Under the pieces are notes generated by a model. That model saw nothing but the letters and a program-made list of their open reading frames with translations. It was not told where the DNA came from and did not search any database. Made by a program: the position numbers and the translations under genes. This document shows, one piece after another, positions 59,829 through 64,000 of a stretch of DNA of 64,000 nucleotides. This stretch comes from Nitrospirota bacterium (GTDB lineage Bacteria > Nitrospirota > Nitrospiria > Nitrospirales > Nitrospiraceae), in assembly GCA_963703955.1 (NCBI GenBank), contig CAVPGK010000013.1:96001-160000 (forward strand). Reading direction: 5' to 3'. Within the stretch, counting starts at the first letter, position 1, and each line of letters begins with the position of its first letter.

Positions 59829-60347
59829 GTGGCGAACGGATTGTTTCCGAAGATTCTGGTTCCTATCGATTTCTCAGCTTGCTCGGAAGAAGCCTTCCGA
59901 GTGGCCCTGGCGCTTGCTCGGGTGTTTCTATCCGAAGTGCTGCTTCTGCACGTCGTCGATACGAAGAGCCTCGCGACCCTGAACGGGCTGGGCCTTGCTC
60001 GCCCTTCCGAGGAGGTAGCCCAAAGGAAGCGCCTGAACCACCAGGCTCGCCTGAATGCTCGTCGACTCGTCAATTCGGATGCGGCAAAGGGCGTTCCGAT
60101 TCGGCGACTCGTCTTGGAAGGCTCTCCCTTCATCGAAATCGCGCGCACCGCGAGGACCGAGCAGGCCAGCTTGATCGTGATGGGCAGCTATGGGGGACAA
60201 ACCGGAAACGTGGAAAAGATTTTCTTCGGGAGCACCGCCGAGAAAGTCGTACGGACCGGGGGGTGTCCTGTGCTGTGTGTTCCGTTGCCGGGCCGTCCGA
60301 CCACGCACCCGACACCGGCCGCCTTGCGGCCCAAGGAGGAACGATGA
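59829..60347 (+). CDS. Universal stress protein
   Basis: KILVPIDFS, LIVMGSYG, FGSTAEKVVR..CPVL. Confidence 0.92.
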   Translation: MANGLFPKILVPIDFSACSEEAFRVALALARVFLSEVLLLHVVDTKSLATLNGLGLARPSEEVAQRKRLNHQARLNARRLVNSDAAKGVPIRRLVLEGSPFIEIARTARTEQASLIVMGSYGGQTGNVEKIFFGSTAEKVVRTGGCPVLCVPLPGRPTTHPTPAALRPKEER

Positions 60348-60769
60348 GCCAGAGAGCATCATGGAGACGATGGAGCACTAGGTTGGTCCTAGCCGGATGC
60401 CTAACGGCAGGCGTGCTGGCACAGGCCGGCGCCCAGATTGAACAGCGCGTGGAGGTCACGATCAAAGACTTTACCTTTATCACCAAGCAGGTGCCGCTCA
60501 TGCCGAATGTTCCTACCGTCATCACGATCCGAAATGACGATGAGGTACGACATGATTTCGGCTCGTCTGTTTTTCAGAACACCCTGACTCATGTGGAAAG
60601 CGACGGCGTCATTTCGTACGGACAAGGCATCGGCGGCCTGTTCCTGGATCCGAGCCGAGATGCGTCGGTGAGGTTCGTCATCGAACAACCGGGACGATAC
60701 GAATTTCGATGTTCGATTCATCCCAAGATGAGAGGGGAGCTTCTGTTACTGAACATCGGCGCCGTATAG
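60344..60769 (+). CDS. Cupredoxin-domain periplasmic protein
   Basis: Signal peptide; NDDEVRHDF and PGRYEFRCSIHPKMRG type-1 copper ligands. Confidence 0.85.
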   Translation: MSQRASWRRWSTRLVLAGCLTAGVLAQAGAQIEQRVEVTIKDFTFITKQVPLMPNVPTVITIRNDDEVRHDFGSSVFQNTLTHVESDGVISYGQGIGGLFLDPSRDASVRFVIEQPGRYEFRCSIHPKMRGELLLLNIGAV

Positions 60770-60782
60770 AACGGGAGTCTTC

Positions 60783-61742
60783 ATGACGGCACGGATCAAA
60801 AAGATCTTACTGGCCACGGATTTTTCTGACTGCGCGGCGCTCGCGCAGGAGCAGGCTGTATTCCTGGCTAAGGCGGCCGGCGCCGGGTTGGATGTCGTTC
60901 ATGTGATCGAGCTGTATCCCGGCTTAGACCCGGAGTATCCCGTCAATCATCTCTACCTGGAGCAGGTCCGGAAGGAAACCAGCCGACAGCTTGAGGCGGC
61001 CGTGAACCGCATGATCCAAAGCGGAGTGGTCGTCGCAGGCCATCAGGTCATCGGCATGCCAAGCCAGAAGATCAGCGAATTGGCGAAAACACTTGGTACT
61101 GACCTCATCGTCATGGGGACCCACGGGCGCACCGGATTGGATCATGTCTTGCTTGGCAGTACGGCGGAACGGGTCGTGACAAGCGCCCCGTGTCCGGTCA
61201 TGACCATCCGGTCTGAGAAACGAGATGAACAGCACAGCAGTCCCATCAGTCTTCGAGGTATCCTGGCGCCAATTGATTTCTCGGATGGTTCGTTGGAGGC
61301 ATTGGACTATGGGGTACGGGTCGCCAAACAGTTCGGCGCCTCGTTGACAATTCTCCATGTGCTCGAACCGGTGTCCTATGGCCTGGACTTCACCCTGTCT
61401 CGCACAGCCGAACGAGAGAGCCTCAAGGAGCGCACGGAATCGCGATTGGCCGGATTGGTTGAGATCGTGAAAGCGGAGGGTGTCCCTGCGCGTTCTGAAG
61501 TGCGTGGCGGGATCCCAAGCGATACGATTGTGCGCGCCGCTCACGATTCCTCCTGCGATCTCATCATCATGGGCACGCACGGACGGCGAGGCTTGTCTCA
61601 CGTGGTCAGCGGAAGCGTGGCGGAAGCGGTGTTGCGTCGGGCTTCCTGTCCTGTGTTGATGGTCAAGAGGCAGACCCGCATCCCGCATTACCTGCAACTC
61701 TCAATCGGAGGGAAGGAAGATCATGAAAAAAGCTCAGTGTAG
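60783..61742 (+). CDS. Tandem universal stress protein
   Basis: Two DLI(V/I)MGTHGR..GS(T/V)AE motifs. Confidence 0.93.
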   Translation: MTARIKKILLATDFSDCAALAQEQAVFLAKAAGAGLDVVHVIELYPGLDPEYPVNHLYLEQVRKETSRQLEAAVNRMIQSGVVVAGHQVIGMPSQKISELAKTLGTDLIVMGTHGRTGLDHVLLGSTAERVVTSAPCPVMTIRSEKRDEQHSSPISLRGILAPIDFSDGSLEALDYGVRVAKQFGASLTILHVLEPVSYGLDFTLSRTAERESLKERTESRLAGLVEIVKAEGVPARSEVRGGIPSDTIVRAAHDSSCDLIIMGTHGRRGLSHVVSGSVAEAVLRRASCPVLMVKRQTRIPHYLQLSIGGKEDHEKSSV

Positions 61743-61849
61743 CGAACCATTGAAAGCATCTCGACGCCCCGAACCCCAATCGATAAGAAGAGGTGGCCGC
61801 GCCCTGAACGCTTGGCTTGAGGCGGAAACGATCGTCATGGAGGAGATCC

Positions 61850-63220
61850 ATGAAGCCCATCAGTGAGCAGACCGTCATGCCGCAGGCTAGCATTGAGCCT
61901 TCCCTCCTCGCGCTCTTGAACAGAATCAACGGGCTGGCGGCGGCGCCGGTGTTCCACGTACAGCAGGACACGGCGTTGAGTCGAGCTCTCCGTCCGTATC
62001 TCGACTACATGAAGAGAGGGATTTTGTCCCCGCTTCCCGAGGAGATCGCGCAGGCCAATCTGTTCCTCTTTGCGGATTACTTCCCGGACGACGGACAATT
62101 GTCCCTCATCGAACAGGTTCGCGAGACGATCGACGTTCACGTGCCGGAAGATGAACGCGCCTGGCTAGACCCGCTCAAGCATTCGTATCTGGACCTGCTG
62201 GAGATTCGAGAGATCACGGAATCTGGTGAAGGCGGCCGGCTCAAGCTGCGTTCATTGGGCAACGGCCGAGAATTTCTTGTCGGGAGAAATGGCATGAGCC
62301 TTGACATCAAGAAAGGACACGTCCTTCTCACCCGCCTGATTCGGTTGCCCGATCGGGCGCTGCTTCCAGGGGCAGCCATCATCCTAGCAGCGGGCCATGC
62401 GAGAACCATCCTTGACCTGGCGAACCAATGGCGGCGGGAAATGGAAGCCGAGTCCGGCTCCTTTGAACTTGGGGAGTGGGAGGATTTCGCCAAACAACAT
62501 GGGTACATCCTGCTTTGGATGTATGCGCAAGCCAGGTTAGACGCGCGGCTCAAGGCTGATGCAGCCTTTGCCTATCGGACGCCCAGCGCTCATCCGTTCC
62601 TCTACGCGGTCGCGCTCTATGAACACGCTGAGTTCGACCATCTCGCGGATCGGCTGGGAAAGATCGAAGGCCTGCAGGAAGAAGTCCCTGCTCGGCTGAG
62701 GGACCATCAGCACGATCAGCGACATGTTCGTGCCTGGGCCCAGTGCGAGAGCGCGCTGATGGACCATACTTCCGAGGGGTTGGCGCGATTGATATTGACC
62801 CCGGTCTTGTTGATGGTCGAGTGCGATTCCCCGGAACGCCTCAATGGTCTGAAGCATCAGCTAGCGTCCGCGTTCGGCTATTCCCTCCACTTCATCGGAG
62901 AATCCCTCACCGTGCCGATTCACGACATGCCGGAGGTCGATCTCAGCCAGGAAGGCATTCCCTTACATTCCATGGTAGTTATGCAAGATGAGGAATATCG
63001 CCTGCTCAAGGCCTTTTTGGAATCCGTCTACCTGGAATGGGCGGACCGACCGTCGCCGTCGTTACAGGGCCTCACGCCGCGCCACGCAGCAGCCGCCCTG
63101 GAGACCAAATCAAGGGTGGCATCCCTGATCGACCAATTAGAACGAGACGATCTGGTCTATCGCCGGACCGGCAGGGCAGGGTATGACTACGGTCTGCTCC
63201 GCGCCCACGTCGGTCTATAA
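61850..63220 (+). CDS. Hypothetical protein
   Basis: Long ORF with RBS GGAGGAG; C-terminal WADRPSPSLQGLTPRHAA resembles DUF2384-like helices. Confidence 0.7.
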   Translation: MKPISEQTVMPQASIEPSLLALLNRINGLAAAPVFHVQQDTALSRALRPYLDYMKRGILSPLPEEIAQANLFLFADYFPDDGQLSLIEQVRETIDVHVPEDERAWLDPLKHSYLDLLEIREITESGEGGRLKLRSLGNGREFLVGRNGMSLDIKKGHVLLTRLIRLPDRALLPGAAIILAAGHARTILDLANQWRREMEAESGSFELGEWEDFAKQHGYILLWMYAQARLDARLKADAAFAYRTPSAHPFLYAVALYEHAEFDHLADRLGKIEGLQEEVPARLRDHQHDQRHVRAWAQCESALMDHTSEGLARLILTPVLLMVECDSPERLNGLKHQLASAFGYSLHFIGESLTVPIHDMPEVDLSQEGIPLHSMVVMQDEEYRLLKAFLESVYLEWADRPSPSLQGLTPRHAAAALETKSRVASLIDQLERDDLVYRRTGRAGYDYGLLRAHVGL

Positions 63221-63345
63221 ACAGAATGCTGAAAAACGCCTCCAACTTCGTTCTCGGTCGTTCGGACTCCTCAACGTACTCGAAAGCACGCCTCAGCATC
63301 CGGACTCCTTGCGGCCTCGTTGGACGGCCTTGTTGAGCATTCTGT
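63221..63345. repeat. MITE/REP-like palindromic element
   Basis: Terminal inverted repeats ACAGAATGCTGAAAAA and TTGTTGAGCATTCTGT; internal complementarity (CCAAC/GTTGG). Confidence 0.65.
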
Positions 63346-63357
63346 GGGAGACGGCCT

Positions 63358-63819
63358 GTGAAAAAAAAGGAGGGATCAAGCTTAGAGACGGCTTTGGGAA
63401 CGTGTCGCACCCGTCCGCCGAATGTCCTCCAGACCTTGCTCGCCGTGCAGGATGCGCTCGGGTACGTGCCGCCGGAGGCTGTGGCGGACATCGCTCGTTA
63501 CCTTGAGGTCACCGAAGCGGATGTGGCCGGTGTCCTTTCATATTATCCCGAACTGCGCACTCGCGCCTCCGGCCGCCATCTCGTTCGGATCTGCATGGGA
63601 GAGTCATGCGTGGCGAATCGTTGCAATCGCGGACTGGTCGCGCTCCGGAGCCGTCTCGGCATCGATCTCGGAGAAACGACCTCGGACAACCGATTCAGCC
63701 TGGAGCGGGTGTATTGCCTGGGCAACTGCGCCGTTTCACCGACGGTCATGGTGGATGAGGCGATCTATGGTCGAGTCGGGGGCGTCGATGTCCTTGCCAT
63801 ACTCGAGGAATATGAATAA
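63358..63819 (+). CDS. NuoE/FdsG-like [2Fe-2S] subunit
   Basis: LLAVQDALGYVP, RICMGESC, VYCLGNCA. Confidence 0.88.
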   Translation: MKKKEGSSLETALGTCRTRPPNVLQTLLAVQDALGYVPPEAVADIARYLEVTEADVAGVLSYYPELRTRASGRHLVRICMGESCVANRCNRGLVALRSRLGIDLGETTSDNRFSLERVYCLGNCAVSPTVMVDEAIYGRVGGVDVLAILEEYE

Positions 63820-64000
63820 GACTCCGCCACCAGCCGTTCGTCTGTACCTTTCAAACGACACATCTGCCCGTGCGGCGGGAGTCGAGCGAGTGGCGGACGC
63901 CTTGGCAGGAACGCCGGGATTGGAGTTGGTTCGCACTTCCTCACGGGGCGCGTTTTTCCTCGAACCGCTTGTCGAGCGGGATACACCGGATGGTCGGATG
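63812..64000 (+). CDS. NuoF/FdsB-like subunit, N-terminus (runs out of the window)
   Basis: LYLSNDTSARAAGVERVA..LVRTSSRGAFFLEPLVE; overlaps the upstream gene. Confidence 0.7.
   Translation, partial: MNKTPPPAVRLYLSNDTSARAAGVERVADALAGTPGLELVRTSSRGAFFLEPLVERDTPDGRM

Noticed and set aside
1..64000. CRISPR array, rRNA or complete tRNA genes
   Set aside because: No regularly spaced repeats; only partial tRNA 3' fragments seen

Overview
A GC-rich bacterial accessory region, probably from a Nitrospira-like organism (inferred from DUF3015, DUF3365 and carboxypeptidase-like genes and from hairpin-type intergenic repeats). It has five parts. (1) 1-7.6 kb is a toxin-antitoxin and defence patch: a duplicated hicAB flanking a DHFR-like gene, a HigBA-like pair and nnrS; an IS3-family element with inverted repeats and a 4-bp target duplication that splits a 71-aa gene; and an AT-rich DUF262+HEPN pair. 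(2) 8-20 kb is a minus-strand cluster of YciI/SRPBCC/VOC/DUF1428/DUF1579 genes behind an ECF42-type promoter, plus an RND pump. (3) 20-33 kb holds an XRE-HTH/LexA-peptidase gene with DUF72, short duplications, AbiTii, a histidine kinase and periplasmic proteins. (4) Two tRNA 3'-end remnants (His at 33.2 kb, Lys at 43.1 kb) look like old att sites and bracket smsCB-like, rtcA, CBS and dnaJ genes. (5) 43-64 kb is a stress cluster with several sigma54-type promoters (USPs, CBS, Hsp20, PRTase, hydrolase, APH+APS-kinase pair, hemerythrin, cupredoxin, an unannotated 30-aa peptide); its content parallels the mycobacterial DosR dormancy regulon, and it ends in NuoE/NuoF-like (FdsG/FdsB-like) genes. 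Many genes carry single-base frameshifts, which may be assembly indel errors rather than true pseudogenes. All family calls come from motif recognition, not database searches.
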